Positions 15,713 through 23,497 of a DNA stretch of 29,229 nt are shown one piece after another. This DNA comes from a virus (lineage: Duplodnaviria > Caudoviricetes). The notes below the pieces were generated by a model. The model made no database searches. It was not told the DNA's origin and saw only the letters and a list, made by a program, of their open reading frames with translations. Within the stretch, counting starts at the first letter, position 1, and each line of letters starts with the position of its first letter. The stretch covers positions 1-29,229 of the IMG/VR virus record IMGVR_UViG_3300026123_000021. One strand, given 5' to 3'. Made by a program: the position numbers and the translations under genes.

Positions 15713-17311
15713 ATGAAACAATTTGAGGCAACTTGGCGTGATGGCTTCAACTTTTACGAAAGAACATATGACACTTCATTAAACAGATCTTATAAAAAAA
15801 GAATAGATTTACCGTATGAGTGGTACGAACCATCATCAAAAGGTTTATACACTTATATCCTTGATGATACAATCAAACTAGACAAAAAACAAGGTAATGC
15901 TAAACAAGGCAGAGAACATTATGGGTTTTTAGACCCAATGTATAGAAACATTAGGGATAATTATTGGAATAAACATGATGGTTATAATAATACACCAAGA
16001 ATATGGTATTTAGATATTGAAACTCGTGTATCAACATGTTCAACAGGGTTTCCTGTTCCAGAAAAAGCATCTGAACCAATCTCTTTAATACAAGTTTATG
16101 ATAATAAAGCAGAAACAATGATAGTTCTTGGGTTAAGAGAATGGAAGCATCAAGATGATTATTCTTTTGACTATAAGGTAAATTATATAAAATGTAATGA
16201 TGAAATACACTTATTGGAAACATATCTAAATCTTTTTTCTAAATTAGATCCGTTGATCATATATGCATGGAACGGGTCTGGTTTTGACTTCCCATATATT
16301 CATAATAGATTAAAAAATTTAGGTATGGACACGAATAGTCTTTCTAACTATGGTGGGGTAAAGTATAGCGAAAATGAATACCAAGGTAGAATGGAATTTA
16401 AATTCAATGCAGATGGACATTTCTTTATAGATTTAATGGATGTTTATAAAAAGTTTACATTCTCACCAAGACCATCTTATTCACTGGATACAATCTCAGA
16501 AATAGAATTGGGTGAAAACAAAGTAGCACATACTGAATATGCAGGCTTTGATGACTTCTATACTGGTAAATACATTATACCAGATAACCCAACTGATGAG
16601 CAGAAAGCGTCTAAAATTTACCAGCACGCTATTAAACATGGTGTTGACGATGAAGTAAGAGAATTATCGCACTCAGAATTCGTTTATTATGGTATTAAAG
16701 ATACATACCTTATTAAAAGAATTGATGAAAAATTAAACTTTACAGTTTTAATGTCAATGATTGCTGAAAAAATGGGTGTGCAAATTGGAGATTCAATGGG
16801 TACTGTTAAACCTTGGTCTCAATATATTAGTAATAGATCATTATTAAATCAGCAAGTAATGCCAATGCGTCAAGAATTTGATACGCCAAATGTTGTTGGT
16901 GGTTATGTTCGTGATCCTAACAAAGGCAAACATAAATGGGTACTATCTGCCGATGTTAACTCAATGTATCCTTTACTTGGTATGGTTGGTTTCAATATGT
17001 CACCGGAAACATTTATACCAAAATATAAACTACCGCCTGCACTAAGAGATATTGTCTTAAGTTATTTTAATGACCAAGATGAGGAAAACAGATTAAAATT
17101 ACCGCCGGAAGTTTGGGACACCACTAAATTATTATTACAAGAACATAACCTATCATTAGGTATTAACGGTGCAGTTTTTAGCAAAGATAAAATTGGTATG
17201 GTCCCTGAAATGGTACAGGATATTTATGATAGTAGAAAAAAAGCCAAAAAGAAAATGTTTAAATTTGAACAACAAAAAGTACTAATCAAACAAATATTAA
17301 AGGAAAAATAA
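15713..17311 (+). CDS. gp43A: Family B DNA polymerase fragment A (N-terminal, 3'-5' exonuclease, palm motif A, first finger helix)
   Basis: ExoI LDIET, ExoII AWNGSGFDFPY, SYSLD, ExoIII YGIKDT, GGYV..P, motif A SADVNSMYP, NMSPET and G..P....IYDSRK..KKKM, then a stop. Confidence 0.93.
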   Translation: MKQFEATWRDGFNFYERTYDTSLNRSYKKRIDLPYEWYEPSSKGLYTYILDDTIKLDKKQGNAKQGREHYGFLDPMYRNIRDNYWNKHDGYNNTPRIWYLDIETRVSTCSTGFPVPEKASEPISLIQVYDNKAETMIVLGLREWKHQDDYSFDYKVNYIKCNDEIHLLETYLNLFSKLDPLIIYAWNGSGFDFPYIHNRLKNLGMDTNSLSNYGGVKYSENEYQGRMEFKFNADGHFFIDLMDVYKKFTFSPRPSYSLDTISEIELGENKVAHTEYAGFDDFYTGKYIIPDNPTDEQKASKIYQHAIKHGVDDEVRELSHSEFVYYGIKDTYLIKRIDEKLNFTVLMSMIAEKMGVQIGDSMGTVKPWSQYISNRSLLNQQVMPMRQEFDTPNVVGGYVRDPNKGKHKWVLSADVNSMYPLLGMVGFNMSPETFIPKYKLPPALRDIVLSYFNDQDEENRLKLPPEVWDTTKLLLQEHNLSLGINGAVFSKDKIGMVPEMVQDIYDSRKKAKKKMFKFEQQKVLIKQILKEK

Positions 17312-17544
17312 TGGATGATTATAATACTAATATAATAAAAGACATGCGGCCAATGGAAAGACATAGATTTATGGTATCTAATACTAATGTCTGCCCACAC
17401 TGTAATAAAACAAAAAAACTTAATTTGTTCTGGGTTAAAGAAGATAATATTATAATGAATGTTTGTAAATCATGCGATAAAAAAATTAAAAACATGGAAG
17501 CAATAAAGATTGCTTTATCTTCTGTAAATTTAAATAATAATTAG
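17311..17544 (+). CDS. Small zinc-finger protein inserted between polymerase fragments
   Basis: CPHCNKTKKLNLFW...NVCKSC. AAGGA RBS and TAATG coupling to fragment A. Confidence 0.65.
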   Translation: MDDYNTNIIKDMRPMERHRFMVSNTNVCPHCNKTKKLNLFWVKEDNIIMNVCKSCDKKIKNMEAIKIALSSVNLNNN

Positions 17545-17569
17545 ATATAATACTAAATGAAGGAGTTAT

Positions 17570-18235
17570 ATGAAAAATGTATTAGAATATACTGAAGATG
17601 AATTAAGACAATTATCTAAAAGTGAATTAACTAAGCTACTTAAAGAAGCAGAAAACGGTGAATCTTTATATAATACAAAACAATTAGTTGAAAAAACAAT
17701 GATTAACTCACTGTATGGCGCATTAGCAAATAAATATTTCCCATTATTCAATGAAGATATGGCCGCGGCTATTACTGGTAACGGTAGATACTTTATCCAA
17801 AAACTTGCTAACTATATTGAAAAAGCTTTACAAGGATTACTACATCAAGAAAAGCCATACATCGTTTATGGTGATACGGACAGCGTTCTTGGTTCAACAT
17901 TGATTAAAACAAACAAAGGTGATATTAAAATTGAAGATTTATTTAATACATTAAATGGCGAAATTGAATTTAGAGGTAAAGATAACTATATTTTACATGT
18001 TACTGATAAAATAAGTTCAGCGTCAGTTTCAAAAAATAAAGAATTAGAATATAATCAAATAAATTATGTTATGAAACATAAAGTTAAGAAAAGAATGTAT
18101 AAAATTAAATGTAACGGTGATGACGTTACTATTACAGAAGATCATTCCATGATGGTTATAAGAGATAACAAATTAATTGAAATTAAACCAAAAGATGTAT
18201 TAAAAACTGATAAATTAGTTAAAATTAAAAATTAA
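17570..18235 (+). CDS. gp43B: DNA polymerase fragment B-N (104-aa extein: finger helix, motifs B and C) fused to the split-intein N-half
   Basis: Q...KTMINSLYGAL (motif B), AAAITGNG, YGDTD, then intein sequence from Ser at 17882. AAGGAG RBS. Confidence 0.92.
   Translation: MKNVLEYTEDELRQLSKSELTKLLKEAENGESLYNTKQLVEKTMINSLYGALANKYFPLFNEDMAAAITGNGRYFIQKLANYIEKALQGLLHQEKPYIVYGDTDSVLGSTLIKTNKGDIKIEDLFNTLNGEIEFRGKDNYILHVTDKISSASVSKNKELEYNQINYVMKHKVKKRMYKIKCNGDDVTITEDHSMMVIRDNKLIEIKPKDVLKTDKLVKIKN
17882..18232 (+). mobile_element. Split intein N-fragment (IntN, 117 aa, Ser1)
   Basis: Block A SVLGSTLIKTNKGDIKIEDLF, block B VTITEDHSMMV, then IKPKDVLKTDKL and a stop. No endonuclease domain. Confidence 0.92.
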
Positions 18236-18280
18236 TACTGACTTTATTTACATAATAAATATAATAAAAGGAGTCAGTAT
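18235..18280 (+). promoter_or_regulatory. Hairpin sequestering the RBS and start codon of the GIY-YIG gene, with a late-promoter-like box inside
   Basis: ATACTGACT (18235-18243) is the perfect reverse complement of AGTCAGTAT (18272-18280), which covers the end of AAGGAG and the AT of ATG 18279. AATAAATA at 18254-18261 lies between the arms. Confidence 0.7.
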
Positions 18281-18731
18281 GAGATATACTATATATAAAA
18301 CAATTAACACAATTAATGAAAAATATTATATTGGTATGCATAGAACAAATGATCCATATGATTCATATCTTGGGTCAGGCGTTTCATTAAATAAAGCTAT
18401 TAAAAAAATATGGTAAAGAAAATTTCAAAAAAGAAGTTTTATATATTTTTGAAACTGAAAAAGAAATGCGAGATAAAGAAAAAGAAATTGTTAATGATGA
18501 TTTTGTTAAAAATAAACAAACATACAATATGACTAAAGGTGGCGAAGGTTCTTGGTCCCATATAGATTCATCTGGTGAAAATAATCCTATGCATAAAAGA
18601 AAAAAATGTCGGAATCGGCAAAAGAACGGTTTAAAAATATGCCAATTATAGAATGTCCACATTGTGGTAAAGAAGGAAAAGGTAATGCTATGAAACAATG
18701 GCACTTTAATAATTGTAAATTTAAAAAATAA
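18279..18731 (+). pseudogene. GIY-YIG (Seg-like) homing endonuclease disrupted by two frameshifts
   Basis: From 18279: MRYTIYKTIN...KYYIGMH...YLGSG..LNKAIKK. Shift at the A7 run 18402-18408 gives YGKENFKKEVL...E...YNMTKGGEG...GENNPMH. Shift near the A7 run 18600-18606 gives MSESAKERF...CPHCGKEGKGNAMKQWHFNNCKFKK*. Confidence 0.85.
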
Positions 18732-18766
18732 TTTGATATAATAAAATAAAATAAAAAAGGAAAGAT

Positions 18767-18886
18767 ATGATAGAAATATGTGATATTTTTGAAATAGAAG
18801 ATCTTGGTGTACAAGATGAATGGGTTTATGATATTGAAGTGGAGAATAACCATAATTTCTTTGGTAATAATATTTTAGTACATAAT
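18767..18886 (+). mobile_element. Split intein C-fragment (IntC, 40 aa, His-Asn/Ser+1)
   Basis: Block F WVYDIEVENNHNFFGN and block G ILVHN followed by Ser. Confidence 0.93.
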
Positions 18887-19699
18887 TCAGTATATTTTCA
18901 CATTGAACCATTTATGGAAAAATATATTGAGCAAAACCCTGGTTTAGCTGTAAATGAGTATGTTACGTGGGCAGACAATTTAGAAAAGAAAGTAATACAA
19001 CCAGTTATCCAACAAACCATTGAAGATTTCGCTGATGAACTTAATGCATTTAATAGGGATAAAATTGGTTGTGAAAGAGAAATTATTGCTGATGCCGCAG
19101 TATTTACTGCTAAGAAAAAATATTATGCAAGAGTAAGAGATAATGAAGGTACAAGATACCCGGATGATTCTCCGAAAATTAAAGTTATGGGTTTAGAAAT
19201 CATTAAATCAAGCACACCAAAATGGTCTCAAAAATATCTTAAAGAAGCTATTCCCCATATCTTAGATAAAGACGAAATTGATTTAAGAAACTGGGTCAAA
19301 GAAATCAAAAAAGATTTCATTAATGTTAATTTAAATGAAATAGCTGGCGTTGGCGGTGTATCTAGGTTAGATTATGATTTAGATAAAGATACCGTACCAA
19401 TTGGGTCAAGAGCTGCAATCAGACATAATATGTATATAAATGAATATAATCTTACAGACACATACGCGCCAATACAAGGTGGTGATAAATGTAAAAGACT
19501 ATTTTTACAATTACCTAATATGTTTAATACTAACATTATTGCGTATACAAATGATGGATTTACAAAAGAAATTGAAAAATGCAATTGTGTTGATTATGAT
19601 ACAAACTTTGAAAAGAATTTCTTAAAACCATTATACTTAATGGTTGAACCAATGAATTATGATTTAGAAAAAGAAACAGCATCTATAGATGACTGGTAA
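18767..19699 (+). CDS. gp43B: Split-intein C-half fused to DNA polymerase fragment B-C (rest of the palm, thumb and C-terminal tail)
   Basis: After HN: SVYF...CEREII...AKKKYYA...EG......KIKVMGLEIIKSSTP...GDK.K...DYD..FEKNF.KPL...SIDDW. Own TGATATAAT and AAGGA RBS. Confidence 0.92.
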   Translation: MIEICDIFEIEDLGVQDEWVYDIEVENNHNFFGNNILVHNSVYFHIEPFMEKYIEQNPGLAVNEYVTWADNLEKKVIQPVIQQTIEDFADELNAFNRDKIGCEREIIADAAVFTAKKKYYARVRDNEGTRYPDDSPKIKVMGLEIIKSSTPKWSQKYLKEAIPHILDKDEIDLRNWVKEIKKDFINVNLNEIAGVGGVSRLDYDLDKDTVPIGSRAAIRHNMYINEYNLTDTYAPIQGGDKCKRLFLQLPNMFNTNIIAYTNDGFTKEIEKCNCVDYDTNFEKNFLKPLYLMVEPMNYDLEKETASIDDW

Positions 19700-19710
19700 A
19701 AAGGAATTAA

Positions 19711-20580
19711 ATGAAACAATATTTAGAAGCATTAGATTATATTTTACAGAATGGTACCGATGTTAAAGATAGGACCTCAACTGGTACACGGACAATATTC
19801 GGATATCAAATGAGATTCAATTTACAAGAAGGGTTTCCCGCTGTTACAACTAAAAAGTTAGCATGGAAGTCTATGGTAGGTGAACTATTGTGGTTTTTGG
19901 AAGGTTCTGATGACGAAAGAAGATTAGCGGAACTTACTTTTGAAAAAGATAGAATTGATTTAATTAATAAAAAAACAATTTGGACAGCTAACGCAGATCA
20001 ACAAGGGAAAGAACTGGGATATCCTAATGGAGATACTATTAAATTATTAGGTCCAGTTTATGGTGTGCAGTGGCGAAATTGGTTAAATAATAAGGGAAAA
20101 GAAATCGATCAAATTGAAAATATCATTAATGAAATAAAAGCTAACCCGGATTCAAGAAGAATTATTTTAAACGCTTGGAATGTTGGTGAAATTGATAATA
20201 TGGCTTTACCTCCTTGTCATACAATGTCACAATTTAGAGTTATCAATGGAAAACTTTCATGTCAACTATATCAAAGAAGTGCTGATATGTTTTTAGGTGT
20301 TCCTTTTAATATAGCAAGTTACAGTTTATTAACACATATGTTAGCTCAAATATGTGATTTAGCCGTTGGTGAATTTATTTGGACTGGTGGAGATTGTCAT
20401 ATTTATTCAAACCATTTTGAACAAGTTAAAGAACAATTAAATAGAGAACCTCATGATTTACCAGTACTTAATATGCCAGAATTTAAAACTCTTGAAGAAT
20501 TGCTACGAACTAAAACTTCTGATTATTTTTTAGATAATTACAGTCCAATGAATTCAATTAAAGCACCTATGGCAGTATAA
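19711..20580 (+). CDS. thyA: Thymidylate synthase (canonical dUMP methylase)
   Basis: MKQYL, DRT.TGT, GFPAVTTKK, ELLWF, LGPVYGVQWR, SRR, MALPPCH, YQRSADMFLGVPFNIASY, GDCHIY.NH and IKAPMAV. Confidence 0.97.
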   Translation: MKQYLEALDYILQNGTDVKDRTSTGTRTIFGYQMRFNLQEGFPAVTTKKLAWKSMVGELLWFLEGSDDERRLAELTFEKDRIDLINKKTIWTANADQQGKELGYPNGDTIKLLGPVYGVQWRNWLNNKGKEIDQIENIINEIKANPDSRRIILNAWNVGEIDNMALPPCHTMSQFRVINGKLSCQLYQRSADMFLGVPFNIASYSLLTHMLAQICDLAVGEFIWTGGDCHIYSNHFEQVKEQLNREPHDLPVLNMPEFKTLEELLRTKTSDYFLDNYSPMNSIKAPMAV

Positions 20581-20608
20581 TTAAAAAAAACATATTTAAA
20601 GATTGAAA

Positions 20609-20642
20609 TTTAAACTTGTTTTAATAATAGTTAGTATATAAT
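20609..20642 (+). promoter_or_regulatory. Class B repeated promoter
   Basis: TTTAAACTTGTTTTAATAATAGTTAGTATATAAT. Confidence 0.78.
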
Positions 20643-20671
20643 ATAGTATATAAAAAATAAAAGGAAATAAA

Positions 20672-20884
20672 ATGAATTCAATTCAAATACCAACAAAAGT
20701 TCAAAAATCAGTAAAGTCAAATAACAAACCAATGTGTCAAATTATTAATGATACTGTTATAATCAGATTAGGTTTTTACAAAAATGGTAATGAGAAAATT
20801 ACAACAGCAAAAATTATCCAATTATCAGAATCTGGAATATATTGTGATAACGATGAATTCTACCCATGGAAAAATTTTAAATAA
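20672..20884 (+). CDS. Hypothetical protein
   Basis: Promoter and AAGGA RBS. Confidence 0.7.
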   Translation: MNSIQIPTKVQKSVKSNNKPMCQIINDTVIIRLGFYKNGNEKITTAKIIQLSESGIYCDNDEFYPWKNFK

Positions 20885-20892
20885 GGATTAAA

Positions 20893-21138
20893 ATGAAAAA
20901 AATATTATTAATAGGTTTATTTAGTTTGTCTGCATATGCAGGAGTGTTTACATCTATATCTGGTTGGACCGCAGATAAGATTCAACCAGATAATTATTAC
21001 ACAGTTGATACTGCAGGTGAAAATGTAAGAGTATATGAATGGACGCCAAAAGGTGCAAAATATATTCAATGTATTTCAATGTTTACTGAATCAAGTAAGA
21101 AGTCACCGAACACACAATGTTTTAGAAAACAAAAATAA
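20893..21138 (+). CDS. Small exported protein
   Basis: Sec signal peptide MKKILLIGLFSLSAYA/G. Two Cys in the mature part. Confidence 0.75.
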   Translation: MKKILLIGLFSLSAYAGVFTSISGWTADKIQPDNYYTVDTAGENVRVYEWTPKGAKYIQCISMFTESSKKSPNTQCFRKQK

Positions 21139-21147
21139 AGGAAAAAG

Positions 21148-22515
21148 ATGTTAGACAGAAAAGAAGAAATTTTAAAAAATAGTGTAAAAAAAGTTAGAAA
21201 TTATGGTTTTGGTATTTCAATTGCTGTTGCTACTGCTATTACTATTAATAGCGCATTATTTAATGTTGAGGCAGGAGAGTTTGCAGTAGAACAAACCCCA
21301 GGTGGTAAATTAATTGCACATATGACACCGGGATATAAATTCAAATATCCATTTGTTGGAAATGTATGGTACTATGATGAGGTTACAACTGTAGTTTATG
21401 ATGATGTAGAAGGTGATTACGGTTCTTCAAAAAATAAACCATATAGAATCACTTTTGCAGACACATACGGTGGTTTAGTTAAAGGTTCATTTAGAGTTGA
21501 GTTAAGTAAAGACCCTGACCAATTAATTGAAACACATAGAGCATTCAAATCATATGACAACTTTATTGAGTCTGGCGCAGAAAAGTTCACAAATGAGTTA
21601 CTAACATATACTGCCCAACAATTTACTGGTGAGTCATTTATGCAAGGTGGTCAAAATGAGTACAAAAATAGACTTGAAGACCAAGCAAGAAATGGTTTAT
21701 ATGAAACAAAAAGAACTGCTGTAAAGGTCCAAAAAGAATCTGGTCAAGTTAATGTTAATCAAGACAATGCGTCTAAAACAACAAAATCTGAAGCAGTTAT
21801 TTACAAAAATGTTATTCAAAGAGATCCAAAAGGCGCACCATTAAGACAAGAAAATTCAATGTCTAAGTACGGCGTATTTGTACCACAGGTTACAATTGCT
21901 GGATTCTTACCAGAACCAGATTTAGAGTCTTTTATGAAGAACAAAAAAGATATGGTTAGAAAAAGAGCGAGACTTATTGAAGACCAAGAGAACGAGAGAC
22001 AACAAGCAATCACCGCTAAGTTAAAAGGTGACAGAGAAAGAGTTGAAAAGAAACAACTTGCACTTATGGAAAAAGACCAAGCAGAGATTGAGTTATCAAA
22101 ACAAGTTGCTGTTGCTAAGTTACAAGCAGACAAAGAAGCAGTTGAAAGACAAAAATTAGCAGATTTAGCAATCATTGATAAGAAAAAAGAGTTACAAATG
22201 GCTACTGATAATGAGAACATTCAGAAAGCAAATGAAAGAGCTGCGAAATTTGAGGCACAAGCAATGTTACACAAAGGTATTGCTGAAGCGAAGATCTTAA
22301 AAGCAAAATATGATGCTTATGACAAAAAGTTATATGCTATGGAAATCCAAAGAGATACAATGACAAAAGTTACTGAGAACTTACAGGGTATTACAGTTAA
22401 AATGCCAAATGTAAACATTTCAGGTGGATCAAATGGTACAACTATGAATTCTGTTGACACGGTATTAAATGCTATAGGTGTTCAAAAATTAGAAGAGATT
22501 GCCAAACAAAAGTAA
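21148..22515 (+). CDS. SPFH/Band-7 (prohibitin/flotillin-like) membrane protein
   Basis: N-terminal TM, then VEAGEFAVEQTPGG...PGY.FKYPF, F.DTYGG, a long Ala/Glu/Lys/Gln coiled coil and a C-terminal MP..ISGG. Confidence 0.85.
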   Translation: MLDRKEEILKNSVKKVRNYGFGISIAVATAITINSALFNVEAGEFAVEQTPGGKLIAHMTPGYKFKYPFVGNVWYYDEVTTVVYDDVEGDYGSSKNKPYRITFADTYGGLVKGSFRVELSKDPDQLIETHRAFKSYDNFIESGAEKFTNELLTYTAQQFTGESFMQGGQNEYKNRLEDQARNGLYETKRTAVKVQKESGQVNVNQDNASKTTKSEAVIYKNVIQRDPKGAPLRQENSMSKYGVFVPQVTIAGFLPEPDLESFMKNKKDMVRKRARLIEDQENERQQAITAKLKGDRERVEKKQLALMEKDQAEIELSKQVAVAKLQADKEAVERQKLADLAIIDKKKELQMATDNENIQKANERAAKFEAQAMLHKGIAEAKILKAKYDAYDKKLYAMEIQRDTMTKVTENLQGITVKMPNVNISGGSNGTTMNSVDTVLNAIGVQKLEEIAKQK

Positions 22516-22525
22516 TCTCTTCTAA
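22489..22525 (+). terminator. 14-bp stem-loop spanning the SPFH stop codon
   Basis: TTAGAAGAGATTGC / GTAATCTCTTCTAA (one G.U), 9-nt loop. No clean U-tract, so it may be a stabiliser rather than an intrinsic terminator. Confidence 0.5.
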
Positions 22526-22535
22526 ATGTAGGCAT

Positions 22536-22569
22536 TTTAATCTTAGTTTAATATTAATTAGTATATAAT
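22536..22569 (+). promoter_or_regulatory. Class B repeated promoter
   Basis: TTTAATCTTAGTTTAATATTAATTAGTATATAAT. Confidence 0.78.
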
Positions 22570-22592
22570 ATATAAACAAAAAGGATATAGCA

Positions 22593-22862
22593 GTGGATAC
22601 ATATAGAAGATTAGAGGAACTAGTTGGTTTTGACGGGGATGACGTTGAAACAATGGATACAAACAAAAAAAAGTTTATAGCCGCAACTAATGCTAGAGTA
22701 ACACAAATGAGCACTAGCACATATTTCCAAGGCGAGGAATTTATTAGTTTTACAGTAGAAACTTTAGATGAGTTAGACTTAGAGGCAATTGAGAGATATA
22801 CAAACGAATGTTTAAGTGTAATGAACTGTAGAAGAAATGAGTATAAACTGAGAGTACATTAA
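22593..22862 (+). CDS. Acidic hypothetical protein (GTG start)
   Basis: Promoter and AAGGA RBS. A single gene bracketed by two class B promoter repeats. Confidence 0.7.
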   Translation: MDTYRRLEELVGFDGDDVETMDTNKKKFIAATNARVTQMSTSTYFQGEEFISFTVETLDELDLEAIERYTNECLSVMNCRRNEYKLRVH

Positions 22863-22891
22863 TCTTGTTTTAATATTAATTAGTATATAAT
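22858..22891 (+). promoter_or_regulatory. Class B repeated promoter
   Basis: ATTAATCTTGTTTTAATATTAATTAGTATATAAT. Confidence 0.78.
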
Positions 22892-22919
22892 ATAATATAT
22901 AAACAAAAGGATATTAAAA

Positions 22920-23264
22920 ATGAATAATCAAAAAATATTACCAAATCTAACTCAAAAAGAATCTAAATTTTTAACAAGATTCTTATCTGAAAATGGGTGT
23001 GGAGCATCTACTCCAGGTGAATTACTAGAAGATAATTTTTCTTGTCAAACTGTTAAAGATATGATTTCTTGGGGTTACTCAAAAAATGAAGTAGCTGGTT
23101 TAATTTCATCATTAGAACAAAAACAAGTTATTTTTATTGAAGATGATAGATCTGACTTTTCTCCGACTAGAGGTTTTGTTAAATCACCTAATTTATATTG
23201 GGTTAACGATTGGTATTTACAAGAATTAGATGAAAAGTGGGACTACACTGAGGAGGTTAAGTAA
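22920..23264 (+). CDS. Hypothetical protein (possible HTH/wHTH)
   Basis: LTQKE..FL...GYSKNEVAGLISSLEQKQVI pattern. Promoter and RBS. Confidence 0.7.
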   Translation: MNNQKILPNLTQKESKFLTRFLSENGCGASTPGELLEDNFSCQTVKDMISWGYSKNEVAGLISSLEQKQVIFIEDDRSDFSPTRGFVKSPNLYWVNDWYLQELDEKWDYTEEVK

Positions 23265-23488
23265 TGGATACTAACAGTCTTTTAACAGAATTAAATATTC
23301 TTATGGAAACTATAGATCTTTATACATATGCTGGTATAGAAAGAATTGAAGTTGAAAATAAAACAGTAATCGTTTTCTTTGATGCCGTTATTAGTGATCA
23401 TGCAATCAAAAATTTAGTAACAGAATTAAATGTAATGTTTTATATACATCCGTCAACTAACAATTCAATTATGCATTACCATATGTAA
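23264..23488 (+). CDS. Hypothetical protein
   Basis: GGAGG RBS and TAATG coupling. Confidence 0.65.
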   Translation: MDTNSLLTELNILMETIDLYTYAGIERIEVENKTVIVFFDAVISDHAIKNLVTELNVMFYIHPSTNNSIMHYHM

Positions 23489-23497
23489 AGGAAAATT

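Noticed and set aside
18466-18651. 61-aa ORF as an independent gene
   Set aside because: It is the middle, out-of-frame segment of the disrupted GIY-YIG gene.
18236-18766. Group I intron interrupting the polymerase or intein
   Set aside because: The interval is almost fully occupied by the endonuclease ORF, no P/Q/R/S core elements are visible, and the downstream fragment has its own promoter, RBS and ATG.
5935-19625. Alternative-frame + strand ORFs 5935-6153, 13299-13550 and 19440-19625
   Set aside because: Each is fully nested in a conserved gene and has no recognisable motifs.
15713-19699. Stop-codon reassignment as the reason for the fragmented polymerase
   Set aside because: The fragments end in TAA and are separated by inserted ORFs, and other genes are full-length under the standard code.
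926-22720. All minus-strand ORFs in the track (for example 10874-11284, 18387-18911, 21816-22220)
   Set aside because: They are antisense shadows of well-supported + strand genes, with no RBS or motifs and biased composition.
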